Below are positions 26,880 through 41,112 of a stretch of 64,000 bases of DNA, one piece after another. Both the position numbers and the translations under genes were made by a program. The DNA comes from Octopus sinensis (lineage: Eukaryota). The notes under the pieces are model-generated. The model worked only from the letters and a program-made list of their open reading frames with translations, ran no database searches and was not told the DNA's origin. The stretch spans positions 116,622,001-116,686,000 of the forward strand of contig NC_043000.1 in assembly GCF_006345805.1 (NCBI RefSeq). Direction: 5' to 3'. Numbering within the stretch: position 1 is the first letter of the stretch; each line of letters opens with the position of its first letter.

Positions 26880-27348
26880 ACCAAGAAAAAAGCAACAAGT
26901 ATGGATCGGTAGATTAGTAGAATTGTTTCATACTAAAAACATTTAATTTCAAGCTGCAAATATTACAGCAAATATAATGTCAAGTATTCATCAGCTAAAT
27001 CACATATAGGTTTTCCATTTATTCTTAGAGAGTGTAAATATCCTTATGAAGTTATAGGAGTGAGTTCCATGAATCTGAAGTAAGATTCCAAGCAGACTAT
27101 ATATGTATTGTTGGAAAACATATAAAGTCTGCTTGGAATCTTACTTCAGATTCATGGAACTCACTCCTATAACTTCATAAAGATATTTACACTCTCTAAG
27201 AATATATGGAAAACCTATATGTGATTTAGCTGATGAATACTTGATATTATATTTGCTGTAATATTTGCAGCTTGAAATTAAATGTTTTTAGTATGAAACA
27301 ATTGTACTAATCTACCGATCCATTCTTGTTGCTTTTTCCTTGGTTATA
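26876..27348. repeat. 473-bp foldback palindrome (~230-bp arms, ~11-nt loop)
   Basis: TATAACCAAGAAAAAAGCAACAAG... pairs with ...CTTGTTGCTTTTTCCTTGGTTATA; only scattered mismatches; centre at ~27105-27117. Confidence 0.92.
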
Positions 27349-27528
27349 ATCACCCTACACAATTTTATGGTTAATACCATAAAAAATCCTGGTGCATCTA
27401 AGTTAAGTACCATATTCAGTCGAATTCATTTGAATTCATTTGAATTTTAATTGTTTTTTGATATATATATATATATATATATATATAAGAACAATCTTAC
27501 TTAGAAATGGATGCGTGCGTCCCGTCAT

Positions 27529-28472
27529 AAAAATGTCCAGTTCCTTGGTTTTGTGTTTATTTTTTCGTTTCTCATTGTGTGTTCGACGTTTTTTTGGTGT
27601 CCTGTACCCATATATGCGTGTATATATACATGTAGAGGTAGGTACGTACATATATGTATGTATATATGCATATGTTTTATTTATTAATGTATTATATGAC
27701 GGAATGCACGCATTAATTTCTAAGTAAGATTATTCTTGATATTAATAATAATGCACACTCTTGACCTTTCTGTCCCCTCCCTTTCTCAGCCTTCATTCTT
27801 TCTGGTTTTCTTTTCTTCTACCTCACTGTCTCTCCCTCTGTCTCATTCTTCATTCTTTCTGGTTTCCTCACAACCATTCCCTTTTTCTCTCTCCCTTTCT
27901 TTTGCTCCTCCTCCTCCCTCCCATCGTTGACCCGCGACGAGAGCTCTGCTACTGTCTTTCTGGCCTGACTTCCTTGATGTGTGGACGGCATTTCCTGTTG
28001 CTCCTTTGCCGTTCTCAAAAATAGCGTTCGTAATACTTTTTCTCGTTCATCTTAACAGCCCTTCTTGTCTTGTTATTCTCATTCTGTCTTTTACTGTTTA
28101 TATTTTGTACTGTCGTTACTGTCCTGTTTTTGTTACCATTTTTACCCCTCCGCAAAAAGATCTCAAATTTTATTTAATTTGCTTTTCGCGGGAAGAAAAA
28201 ATTCAAACGAAGATGCGTATCGCCTTCACCTTCGAAACGTAGAGTAGATGAAACCATGGCGACTGAAGAAGGGGTATTTTCCATGTGTTATTTGTCCGGT
28301 ACTCTATTTTTTCGTTGTTTAAGAAAAATGTCCAGTTCCTTGGTTTTGTGTTTATGTTTTCGCTTCTCATTGTGTTCGACGTTTTTTGTATGTCCTGTAC
28401 CCATATATGCGTGTATATATACATGTAGAGGTAGGTACGTATATATATGCATGTATATATGCATATGTTTTA
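27529..28472 (+). repeat. ~150-bp direct repeat pair (27529-27680 and 28324-28472)
   Basis: AAAAATGTCCAGTTCCTTGGTTTTGTGTTTA...GTAGAGGTAGGTACGTA present twice, 795 bp apart. Confidence 0.85.
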
Positions 28473-28474
28473 TG

Positions 28475-28537
<63 letters not shown>

Positions 28538-28671
28538 TGCATATATACACCCATAATTACACACATATATAGAGAGGAAATCGAAAATCATCTGCACTTT
28601 TGCCATAATATATCTTCATTATCGTCATATTGCCTTCTGCACATGCGTGGTTATAGTTGGTACTATTGTGG

Positions 28672-29212
28672 TCACGTGATTGCAGCTTGAGCGTAATCGT
28701 GCCATTTTTCTTTCTGGTTTCACAGTGTAAGCATGGTCGCTCCATTAGCAATGCGCACCGAAGAAGAACAAAGATTTCTGTGATCGGAACGTGTGTCAGG
28801 TGCTGAAAACCGTTCATGATTAGCTCGGCGTCCATTACATCCGTGCATGATGGGTGTCAAGAGAACTTATTGCAGAGCACAAGCGCAAACGTCTTGAAGT
28901 CTGCCAAAGCTCCACCAATGAGGGCGAGGAACTTTTGAGCAGAGTAGTCACAGAGGATGAAGCGTGGGTCCATTATTATAAGGCGGAATCCAAAAGACAG
29001 AGTAATGAGTGGAAGCATCCTGGTTGGCCAGCGACGTGGTAATTCAAGACTCAAAAGGACCTATACTGGAAGACTACCACGAAAAGGGGTGTACAATCAA
29101 TAATGCAAGGTATAGTGCTTTGCTGGCCAACAAACTGAAGCCAGCAATTTGCACTAAACGCCGAAGCCTATTGTCGAAGGAAATTTTGTTGTTGCATGAC
29201 AATGCATGCTCA
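28672..29212 (+). mobile_element. Decayed mariner transposase
   Basis: LLSRVVTEDEAWVHYYKAESKRQSNEWKHPG (first catalytic D motif) and DSKGPILEDYHEKGCTINNARYSALLANKLKPAICTKRRSLLSKEILLLHDNA (second D); internal deletions and stops. Confidence 0.88.
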
Positions 29213-30459
29213 CTACTTTGAATAGATTTAGTCGAACGAATTGACCACACTACATTTTTCGTAAGCCAGGTACTTATTCTGTCCCTCACTTTGACCGAAA
29301 CGCTAAGTTACGGAGGCATAAATACACCTACCCGTTGTGTAGGATAAATGCGCGAAAGCAAACACGCGCACGCACGCACGCACGCACGCACACACGCACA
29401 CACACACACACACACAAACTTACACACATCTATACAACGGGTTTCTCTCAGTTTCTGTCCACCAAACCCAATTGAAGACCAAACTTGACAACCAGCGTTG
29501 CTGTGTTTACAAAGAATAGAACTTGAGTTCGATTTGTTCGACTAATAAAAGGCGGTGCTCCAGCATGGCCTCAGGAAAATCCCTGAAATAAGTGAAAGAA
29601 TAAAAGAATACACTGATAGTGAATATACACACAGACACGCATTCATAAATATTTCTATAGAGAATTACGTACTTGTATGCACGCATATTCATATATACTC
29701 GCATAAACAGAGAACAACAATGGCCGATTGTCAGGAAGACAAAAGGAACAAATTAAGCGAATAATTGCTTGCATGAATCACGATGGCGTCTTTATAGATA
29801 TGGTGAGTTAAGTCTCTCAGACTGCATGTTATGGGCTAATGAGTACTGAATTAGCGGAAGATCTGAAAACTCGCTGTAAATGGCAGTTATCTAAGAAAGC
29901 AGGTCTTTTTAAATGAATTAAGCAAAATTAAAACAAACATTAATCAGTAAAAAGCAATGCTGCAAAAAGGATGGGAATGCCAATATAGAAAAGAACAGAT
30001 TGTTAATAATAAGAATGAATGCCAAAGACTATCAAAGACAATACGAACTAGGAAAACTGATAAGAACTTGATCAAAGGAAAAAAGTCGGCCTAGCGTTTC
30101 TTTATTTCCATAAATTCCTTGAAAGGTAAAGCAATGAGATTCTCGGAGAAAACTTTTAGATGAATGAACAGATACGGAGAGAAATATGATTGCCGCCTCA
30201 TAGAGAAGCGTTGTGTATTGGGAGAAATAAGCACAAATTTATGATCTTAAGTATATGTATACGTCTAACAAACAAGCACATACTAATTGATTATCATCGT
30301 ACACACACACATATATATATACGCACACATCCTGATGCATACACTACTTATTCATGCGGGACTAAACACAAAACAAACCTGCGCACGAATAAATAATTTT
30401 GCTATCAGTGAAGTGTGTATATGTATGTGCATGCATATAAATCATATGTTCAATCTATC

Positions 30460-30510
30460 TATCTCTCTATCTATCTATATATATATATGTATATATATAT
30501 ATATACATAC

Positions 30511-30570
<60 letters not shown>

Positions 30571-30693
30571 TATATATAACATACATATATATATATATAC
30601 ATACATATATATATATACATACAATATATATATACATATATACATACATACATATATACATACATACATATATATACATATATACATACATAC

Positions 30694-30728
<35 letters not shown>

Positions 30729-30771
30729 CATATATATATATCATACATATATACACACATATATATATATA

Positions 30772-30820
<49 letters not shown>

Positions 30821-30838
30821 CATACATACATATATATA

Positions 30839-30882
<44 letters not shown>

Positions 30883-30890
30883 TATATAAC
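30460..30890. repeat. Compound (TA)n/(TACA)n microsatellite
   Basis: Direct reading. Confidence 0.95.
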
Positions 30891-31002
30891 GGGAAGCTTT
30901 ATGAAAATAGACAAAAGACGAAGGCAGGTGGAATACAAACAAGCAATTGTATTAGTATGGCGCTCAGGAAATATAAATAAAACAAGTCTTTAACGTTTCG
31001 AG

Positions 31003-31044
<42 letters not shown>

Positions 31045-32289
31045 ATATATATATACATATATATGTATATGCACTTCAGGGGAGTGTGTAGTGTGGGTGC
31101 AAATGCGTATATATATATATATACATGCGTATATATATATATGCGTATAAATGTGTGTATATACATATATGTGTGTGTGGTTACAAATGCGTGAGTGTGT
31201 GTGTGTGTGTGTGTGTGTGTCTCTGTGTGTGTGTGTGTCTGTCTGTGTGTGTGTGTGCGTGTGTGTGTGCGTGTGTGTGTGCGTGTGTGTGTTTCGGTGT
31301 GGGCGGTGTTGAGTAAATATTTATTCAGATGTATCCACATTTCTGGAATTTTAGCTACGAGATAGCTCATTGTAAACAAAAAAAAAAAAAAAGAAATTGA
31401 ACAACGTTTCAGACGAAGATCAAACACATTAAAAAGGAATTTGACAAAAGTCATATCCATATTGTCCAGCGGCTTTGATAAACACTTGTGAAACCTATTC
31501 CAGCCCTTTTGCGTCCGTTTTTAGCCAAACAAAAACACAACGATTAATGTAATCATGGAATCGGATAACGTGACGACTCATTGTATGCTTCTGAATACAA
31601 TGTCCTTCGCTTCTAATCTCGTTAAAGGCATTGAAGGAATCCAGTTCTGTGTATTATTGATTTTTGATTTCGGCAAAATACCAAATGCGTAGTGAATAAT
31701 TGTTTGAATTGATATTGTTATATTAGTGGTAAGTGCAGTTTCGAGTCCAAGAATTCGTTGAGCCGTTTACACGCTTCCTATGTCATATAAAATACTGAAA
31801 TCACACGCTCTTTCTGAACGGAATATCGGGCACACGCAGGGTCACTCATTTACTGGGCTAGAGGAATGTGGAATGAAGTTTTCTACTCACGAACACACTG
31901 CACCATTTCGTCCAAGAATCGAAGCCAGGGTCTTCCGATCATGGTTCTAACACCCTAGCCGAAGGGTCACGCGCCTTCCCTATGTTGCTGTCTTCTTCTT
32001 CTTCTTCCAATCACGACTCACGCCATCAGCCACAAAGAATAATCTCTAATTCGAGCCTACTCTAAGCTACTAAGAATGCGTGTGGCAACTTGAAGATCCA
32101 CTCACCACGCCCGATAAACTGGCGGTTGCACGGCGAAAGCTACGTTGTTATCCTCATTCCGTAAAGGGTGGCTTTTAACGGGTGGAGAGCTAAACCATCC
32201 TGGGATACAGAGGATTCGCAATCTAGACTAGGGTCTGAAAGTTTACCACACTATAGTGGGTTACATCATGGTTCCTCTGCTTTGCGGCA

Positions 32290-32482
32290 GAAGTAGGAAG
32301 AAAGTGTGAGAGAAATATGTGGTGAAAGAGTACAGCGGGGTTCTCACCTTCCTCCGCCGGAGCCTCGTGGAGCTTAGGTGTTTTTGCTCAATAAACACTT
32401 AAAATGCCCAGTCTGGGAATCGAAACCGCGTTCTTACGACCACGAGTCCGCTGCCCTAACCACTGAGCCATTGCGCCTCCAC
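32290..32482 (-). mobile_element. SINE family D copy (5' part)
   Basis: GAGTCCGCTGCCCTAACCACTGAGCCATTGCGCC is the reverse complement of the D head. Confidence 0.8.
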
Positions 32483-33482
32483 TATGTTGCTGTTACCTAT
32501 TCTTATTCATTCCATAGGAATGACAGATAACATGGAACCATATTGTACATTAATGCTGAACGTAATAGGTAATTTACTCAAAGATGGCTTGAATTTGAAA
32601 TAACTTTTGATAGAATATCATTTTGAAAAGAATTAAATCCGTAATATGTCACTTATGAACAGTGTTATAGAGCGTAACCTTATTTTACAATTTCTCTTGC
32701 GTGTTCTTCTCACAGAATATGTATATTGGGATTCTAACAGCACTGAACTAATGGAGAAACATGTATCGGAAAATTTGCCTCAGCCTGTTTTCCTATTGCG
32801 AAATTTATGTTTACGGTTACATAATATGCACGTTTTAATATCTTAGAGCTAACTTCAAAACAGAAGATGCAATATTTCCAGTTGTCAAACATCAGTACGG
32901 ATCAGCACACAGTTTTCACTGCAGTTATAAACATGAGCATCTGTCCTTGTTAAATTCATAGGTTCGGTTTACCTCTGATTCTCGAGTGACAACAATGTCA
33001 ACATACTTGCTGTCCTAGAATTGCTTGAGCTAATGAATCGAGAGTGTTATGAAACCATTTTCGCTGTGAAGGAAAAGCTATTCTGTGACGAAGCGCATGA
33101 GAGATAAGCAGAATCTACCGGAGCGTATTAAGAATAGATACGCAAGCAATCGTTATTAATTTTTGCAGCATATTGTGGTGAGGTTCTCCGGGGATATTGT
33201 TTTACACAGCATGGTCATAATGTAAATTATGTATCTTTATTTTTTATCGTTTATTTGTTTCACATATTAGACTGCGGCAATGCTGGGGCACCGCCTTGAA
33301 GACATTTAGTCGAACGGAACGAAACCATCACTTATATTTTAAGGCGTGGTACTCGTTCTATATTACTCTTTTGCCGAAAGGCTAGGATATGCGGACGTAA
33401 ACATACTGACACCGGTTGTCAAGCGTCGGTGGGATATAAAATAAACACAGACACATACAAATACGTATATGTATGTGTGTAT

Positions 33483-33879
33483 ACTCTTTTACTTGTTTCA
33501 GTCACTTGACTGTAGCCATACTGGAGCACCGCCTTTAGTCGAGCTAATCGACCCCAGGACTTATTCTTTGTAAGCCTAGTACTTATTCTATCGATCTCTT
33601 TTGCCGAACCACTAAGTTACGGGGACGTAAAAAACACCAGCATCGGTTGTGAAGCGATGTTCGGGGAGGGGGGGGGACAAACACAGACACAGAAACATAT
33701 ACACACACATACATATATATATACATATATACGACGGTCTTCTTTCAGTTTCCGCCTACCAAATCCACTCACAAAGCTTTGGTCGGCCGAGGCTATAGTA
33801 GAAGACACTTGCCCAAGGTGCCATGGAGTGGAACTGAGCTTCGAAACATGTGGTTCGTAAGCAAGCTACTTACCACACA

Positions 33880-33883
<4 letters not shown>
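33483..33883 (-). mobile_element. SINE family A copy (an older A-like fragment lies at ~33250-33480)
   Basis: Matches SINE A. Confidence 0.85.
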
Positions 33884-33946
<63 letters not shown>

Positions 33947-34071
33947 TTAATTCGGTTATATTAAATCTACATTACGGATTATATAATCCCCCAAAATCCC
34001 ACTGGTTTATCACTATCATGTAAGGAGAAAGTTTCTGCAATATGTTAGGGATCATTGTAGCAATACATATC

Positions 34072-34322
34072 ATTAATATTGAAAGAAAGAAAATGGAGAA
34101 AAATGGATGTATGGACAATTTATTTGTAGGATATAGATATGTTGATACAAATGCAATACAATTAACTTGTAACGCTCAAAAAGAATGGGAGAGGGATCTC
34201 CCATTTCTTTGTGAGCTTTACAACTTATAATCTATTTGTACAAAAAGTTCAACATTTCTATATCATACAAAAAAATTATCCATACATCCATTTTTCTCCA
34301 TTCTCCTTCTTTCAATATTAAT
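34072..34322. repeat. 251-bp imperfect foldback palindrome
   Basis: ATTAATATTGAAAG...ATGGGAGA / 4-nt loop GGGA / TCTCCCATT...CTTTCAATATTAAT. Confidence 0.85.
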
Positions 34323-34600
34323 CACACACACATATATGTATGTATATATATACAATGAAATTAAATAGAGAGATTCAATTGACAATCGATTTATTTATTC
34401 ATATTATAACATAGTATACTATGAATATAATATAAGACACCAAAAAATTATTTAAAAACCAAGAAGCCAAGAATATGTTTCGACTTATATACATTATTTG
34501 CATTATACCACTATTTATATGGCACTCAACAGACGTACCGGTGAATTGGATGTTTTATACACCCCTCTGAATGAATTCCTTTCCTGAGCTGGTTAATAAT

Positions 34601-34771
34601 ACAGGAGTGGCTGTGTGGTAAGTAGCTTGCTTACCAACCACATGGTTCCGTGTCCATTGCCACTGCATGGCACCATGGCCAAGTGTCTTCTACTATAGCA
34701 TCGGGCCGACCAAGCCTTGTCAGTGGATTTGGTAGACGGAATCTGAAAGAAGCCCATCGTATATATATATT

Positions 34772-34826
<55 letters not shown>

Positions 34827-35040
34827 GTGTATATTTTTGTGCCCCCCACAGCGCTTGACAACGGATAGTGGTGTGTTTTCGTCACCGTAACTTAGTGGTT
34901 CGGCAAAAGAGACCGATAGAATAAGTACTAGGCTTCCAAAGAATAAGTCCTGTGATCGATTTGCTCGACTAAAGGCGGTGCTCCAGCATGGTCGCAGTCA
35001 AATGACTGAAAAAAGTAAAAGAGAGTAAAGAGTAAGAGTA
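34601..35040 (+). mobile_element. SINE family A copy
   Basis: Full length with internal (TA)n. Confidence 0.85.
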
Positions 35041-35681
35041 TATAAACATATACATACATACACACATATATACATATCATGTGTACATTCATTTGCGCGA
35101 CGGGCCCTGTTTCAGTTAACGTCTACAAAAATTTAGGCCGTAATTCATCCACTGAAGGTGCCACTTAGTAGGAGTGAACCAGGAACAATGTGCACGAGAA
35201 GCAAACTTCTTACCAGACAGCTACGCCAGGCAAAGTTTGTATTTACAAACCAAACATACTTACAGGATAGTTTAATATTATCTCTCTCTCTCTCTCTCCC
35301 TCCCTTTACACTGTAGTGTCAGTTGTGCCAGATACATTAGGAATCTATATTTCTACTCAGCTTACGAAGCCTTACTTGATGGCACGTCTAAAGCCGCTAT
35401 ATTCAAATGGAAATCATACTTGTCTATATTCTGCTTTAACATTCCACACACGCAGAAAGGTCATCCGTAAGCATCCTGATCAGTTTACGGCAAACATACA
35501 GTTCTTCCTTTATAACGGACCCACCATTTCTAGTCACCTTACGACAAACTTACACTTCCTAGTCACTTTACGGTAAACCTACACATCGTATTCTGTTCAC
35601 GGCAAGCCTACATTTCTTAGCCAGATAAAACAAAACTTCAGTTTCTCAATGAGCTGGCCCTTCTTTCTTTTCTCCTTCTTG

Positions 35682-35751
<70 letters not shown>

Positions 35752-36562
35752 ATGTCTCTTTGTGTTCGTACGCACTCACACGTATCTGTATGTATACTGT
35801 GAGACGTACAGATATAATTACACACACCAGAGTACAAACACACGCCGAGGCACACGCGCCCCTGCACGGGCATGTACGCACACATCTTCAAGAATAAATA
35901 CACACACACGCACACACTCACACACACACACATACACACACATGAATATACACACATATCGCGCCCCTCCGCGCTACCTACATACTAACGTGATCCTGTG
36001 CTTAAGCGGGAAACAGGATTCACGCTTTCATTCCTGTAACTCCCAAAACTAATACTTAGCGGGTTGGTTTTCAGTACAGATGGTAGAGGTGAGTTATGTG
36101 ATAATTGAGCCAATTAGAGCAGGATCTTTTCAAAACGTAGCTTGTGTATGTCACCTGCTTTTAATAGTTGTCTGATGGTGTTGTAATTAAACAAAATTTT
36201 AAATACTGAAGAGCGATAATCAAATTCCTGCAAAGCCGCTACCACGAAGATTATTCTTTTCAAGCCACCATTGAAAATATTTACACAGATAAATTTGATT
36301 ACATCGATATGGATCTTGGCGAAAAGGCGAAGATTAGGGTATTGTATTTCCTTTCATTTAAATAGCATAAATCTTTTACTAGTTCGCAAAAAGGAAGCAC
36401 GTCTCTAGACGGGGTTTGTATGCACATTTTTATTTTACTAAAAATAAGGCTTTGTAAATTTAAATTATTTCAGTTACATTTATTCAGGATGTTTGACAAA
36501 TAATGCATACACACAAGCATGCACTCACAGCGATATTAACATACATACACACTCACACTCAC

Positions 36563-36593
<31 letters not shown>

Positions 36594-36648
36594 GTATTCA
36601 CAAACACACACACACACATACACATATATATAAGCATATATAATAATA

Positions 36649-36680
<32 letters not shown>

Positions 36681-37314
36681 TAATAATAATAAAGGGTAAA
36701 ATAAATTAATTAATAATTAATAATTTTACCAAGTAGTTCGGCATGTTAAAAGAACCATTATCGGTAAACTTAAACAAAAATGTTTATAATTATAAGTATA
36801 ATTATAATTAGAGTTCAGCAAAAAATTTGCTTCACCACATACCGAAATTTAGAAATAGCAGTCAAACTAGCTATTTCTCTACCATAAGAAAATCTCCCAG
36901 ACAACAATACTCAATCAAAGCCGGGTGAATTCGTTACTTTTTTTCCTCTGCCTACGTGGGTTGTTGAAGAGCTGTTTCATGTATGTAAATTATGTTACAT
37001 TTCATTCTTTTGTAAACGTTTGTACACCTTACACGATGCGCACCAGCTTTAACGGAAAAAGCCTCACGTTAAATATACATTGACTTCACAACGAGTGATT
37101 TCGTAAAATTCATTTAACGGAATGCTGCATTTCTAGTCTCTTTTAACAATACAGACATATGATTAATCCTCACGCAAGAGAAACCTCACCATTATCTCGT
37201 TACGCTAAACATGAACAGTATGCGGCTCAGCTTGAGCACTTACGCATCCCATGTATAAGGAAGTTTGCTATAATTGAAGTCTATTCCTGTCGAATGAGCA
37301 GCCACAGCAGTGAA

Positions 37315-37625
37315 GGCGCAATGGCCCAGTGGTTAGGCCAGTACACTCGCGGTCAGAGGATCGCGGTTCCGATTCCAAGATCAGTCGTTGTGTGTTTATT
37401 GAGCGAAAACTCCTAAAGCTCCACGAGGCTCCGGCAGGAGGTGGTGGCGACCCCTGTTGTACTCCTCCGCTCCAACTTTCTCTCACTCTTTCTTCCTGTT
37501 TCTTGTCCCCAATCGCTGAGCCTGGATGCACATTCAACCGTCCGTCGTCTCTGGGTGTCGGGGGTTGACCTGCTTTCTCTTCTGCGGGTCTTACGAATAG
37601 CAAAAGGACCACGTTTCGGACTTCT
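37315..37625 (+). mobile_element. SINE family D copy, tail type 1
   Basis: TGGCCCAGTGG A box, GGTTCCGATTCC B box; matches 15665-16007. Confidence 0.85.
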
Positions 37626-38109
37626 TCTATCTTGCGAGCTCTGGGACGAAGACGGTTAGCTCAACAGCGACAGCAGCCACAGTATAGAATTGATCACCTG
37701 AAAACGACCGGAATTACTTTTTAAATCTTCCAATTCCGACCAAATTAAAATTCCTCTCCAAAGCTTTGTTGAGACAACCAGCAGTTACCACGTCCACATT
37801 TGTGTCGATGTTCAAACGGTCGAAGCATCTACAAATATCTTTGACCGGACCGAAATAGTACCACTGAGATGAATGGCATGAAGTTAATTTTTGCTTCACT
37901 GATGTGAGTACTCTCCCCCCCTTCCACTTATGTACTCCAGGATGACTTGAAGCCCTGTCCTCTTGTCGCCGATGTCATGTCCCCAGTAGCTTGGTACTAA
38001 CCACTTCATCCAAATTTGGATTCTCAGAACGTCGGCAATTCAAATTCTTCACCATGCCCATCTTTAATGCGAGTCATATTAAAGCTAAAGGCGGAGTAAT
38101 ATAAATGTA

Positions 38110-38247
38110 TTTGTGAATGATTGTGTGTGTGTATGTATATATCTATATATATATATGTATGTATATATATATATGAATGTATATTTATATATGTATGTAT
38201 GTTTATATATATATGTATGTATATATATATGTATGTATATATATATG

Positions 38248-38297
<50 letters not shown>

Positions 38298-38476
38298 ATG
38301 TATGTATATATATATATGTATGTATATATAATATGTATGTATATATATATGTATGTATATATATATAATGTATGTATATATAATATGTATGTATATATAT
38401 ATATATATGTGTATGTATATATATATATGTATGTATATATATAGTATGTATATATATATATGGATGTATATATATG

Positions 38477-38521
<45 letters not shown>

Positions 38522-38670
38522 ATAATATATATATATGTAGTATATATATATATATATGTGTATGTATATATATATATATATATGTATGTATATATATATA
38601 TATGAATGTATATTTATATATGTATGTATATATATATATGTGTGTGTATGTAGATATATATATATGTATG

Positions 38671-38718
<48 letters not shown>

Positions 38719-38772
38719 AGTATATGTCTATGCATTTATATATCTGTTTTAAGAATATGTATATATATATAT
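38110..38772. repeat. Long compound (TA)n/(TATG)n microsatellite
   Basis: Direct reading; produces the 255-aa and 216-aa YI-rich ORFs. Confidence 0.96.
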
Positions 38773-39749
38773 GCGTGTCTTCAAATAGCAATTATGAATT
38801 ACAACTAAACACGCAGCGTTTAAATCACGACGGAAAGTTATTTTCACCAACTTAACCTTTGCTCATTCCTTTTTCTTTACCTGTTCTTATTTTTCTCCTC
38901 TTTTTGTTTTAGAAATACCAGCAACAATTTGGAAAGTTTCTGCGAAATGTCACAAACAATTTACGAATGTTTCGAAATGATATAGAATGTCAATTTATTA
39001 TTTTGAGTAGGTGGTCATTGTCCTGACGCTTCTTTAATATCTCTGGCATGTAGTCCTGTAGCTGTTATGATTTGGATGAAGTCCAGCTATTCTGTCTATT
39101 TTCTGTTATTAATTAAAAAATGTTGATTTTCTTTCAATAGACATTATTATATTTTTACAATGGTGACGAAGATTTACAAACTTTATAGACGTTTCGTTAC
39201 ATTTTACATGATTATTTATTTCCGGCGATGATGCATTCGTCTTCGTTCAAGTTCGTATACAGATATTTGGAAAATTGTTTTGAGCCTCTGGTTCACTAGC
39301 CAGTAACTTGGTTAGACAAGAGATCATATACTAGTAGGGGTCATGTATTAGTAGGGATCATATATCATTTTCATGAACGCTTCGTACCATTTGTCTTTTA
39401 TATTGGTAGGTTCATTACCCTTCGCGTGGTAACCATTAAATTTGAGTTTAGATATATATATTTTTTTTTTAAATCCCCCCAAAACTGATGCTGTTTCTTC
39501 CGTCCTCCGGCTCTGTTTATGCTGAACTGTTGAGTAACTTGAATCACTAACTCTCCATAAAGTTCTGATGAGAAATACGATAGAAAGCCCATATTCGTTT
39601 TGTTGCCGGAGAAATCTGTTCGGTAGAAAATAACTTTTCTATGATATTGTACGCTATGTTTTATTTACTATATTGTAGGCCATATTTTATGAGCAGATAT
39701 ATAATTGAATTGCCTCGGAGTTCTACAGAACGACACATTCTTTCTACTC

Positions 39750-40170
39750 TTAGTGTCTTTAAAGTTCGAACGAGACACCACACATATTCTTAATCTCAAT
39801 TGAATGCTCATACAAAAGATGAAGCTCAATCTTTCAAGGAAATTTTGGTGATATTTCATAATGATCATCGTCTCGTTGATCTATCAGAGGAGTGGATGTT
39901 TCCTATAGGTGAAATTCAGAAAATAACGATGAAACACTTCTGCGAATTCTGACAACAGCGATTAGCATATGTGCGTTCGCATCTGCTTAAACACATTAAG
40001 AATAAATAAGCAATTCATCTTGCTGTTGACGGTACTAGAAAAAAAAACCCAATTATTAGCGGTTGGCAACATTGATCAACAAAGAGTTTGTTCGCTGAAA
40101 CTATTAACAAAACATCGGCTGTTATTTAGGGTGCTCCTGACTGATGAATCATGGTATGTCGAAATACCGG
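39750..40170 (+). mobile_element. Highly decayed mariner transposase fragment
   Basis: QQRVCSLKLLTKHRLLFRVLLTDESWY resembles the mariner QRV...FLxRIVTGDEKW block. Confidence 0.55.
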
Positions 40171-40696
40171 TGCCCGAGAATCTTTCACGTTAATGAGGCG
40201 AGAGTTCTTTGAAGACATTTTCCTAGAAAAAAAAAGGAACACTTCTCCTCTGACGTACACAACAGCGAATGGCATATTTGTGTTCGAATCACCCGGAAAG
40301 TTTTAAGAAAAACAATATGTATGAAATCCAGAGACGTCTGAACCAGGTGGCCCCAAGGTTGACACCGTGTGGAATAGGAGGTGGCTTTCCTCAGAGTGAG
40401 ACACAAGTGCGAATGGCATTTATGAACCGCCTCATGCTCTCCATGTAACGACGGTGTATGCCCGTTTTGAACACCCAAGGAGAGCATACACGGTATTGAA
40501 CACGACAAGCCGTACAATCTCGATGTGTTCGACCCGGCCACTACCAGAACACTTGACAACGACCCATAGGCTGCGGTCAAATTGCATCCAAGAAATTGTC
40601 TTTATCAGATTTATCAAAATTTGCCTCTGACATAATGAAATTAAAACATATTTCGCTGTCACTCACGTCTCGCTTTTCTTTTGCGGTTCAGTATAT

Positions 40697-40995
40697 GGAT
40701 CTTTTCACTTTGACCGGCAGATTTTAAAAATAATTTCTTTGTAACTAAATACTTTTAAACTTCGTATATACTGGTAGAATGTGTTACATAAAACATATCT
40801 TTCTCTTGGCTTTCTTGAGAAAATTCTGTAGTTTGTAAGCTATTTCTTGTTAAATTTCTTGCATTTCGGCAATTTGAACCAATCAATGACGTCTATTGAG
40901 GTGAATACAATTTCTGCTGTTATGGTACGAAGTTTAAAAGTGTTTAGTTACAAAGAAATTATTTTAAAAATCTGCCGGTCAAAGTGAAAAGATCC
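40697..40995. mobile_element. hAT-type MITE, intermediate form (299 bp, ~65-bp TIRs)
   Basis: GGATCTTTTCACTTTGACCGGCAGATTTTAAAAATAATTTCTTTGTAACTAAA... pairs with its inverse at the right end; perfect 8-bp TSD CAGTATAT. Confidence 0.9.
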
Positions 40996-41112
40996 CAGTA
41001 TATATATAAATAAGTAAAAAATACTTTAATTCACCTTATATTTCATGAACTTCACTGATAAAATTTTCAACAGGAATAGGCCCGACTCCATCTTGCTATG
41101 ATATCAACCCAT

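Noticed and set aside
28225-28275. GAAACG...CUGAAGA arrangement suggesting a Type II hammerhead
   Set aside because: Stem I and the stem II closing pair do not form.
30890-31010. Minus-strand GGCUCGAAACG, like the 3' half of a PLE-associated hammerhead
   Set aside because: The CUGANGA half is absent (replaced by (TA)n) and there is no NUH in register.
37315-37390. tRNA-like sequences with A and B boxes (also 16665, 16920, 23494, 44100)
   Set aside because: SINE heads continuing into repeat bodies; no complete cloverleaf or Pol III terminator, so not called as tRNA genes.
38024-38791. Long ORFs (255 aa, 216 aa) and similar YI/YLSI/HT-rich ORFs across the window
   Set aside because: Translations of (TA)n/(GATA)n/(TACA)n microsatellites that lack stops by composition.
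40139-40170. CUGAUGA...CGAAA hammerhead-like core
   Set aside because: No valid stems or NUH site; the sequence is the mariner TDESW coding motif.
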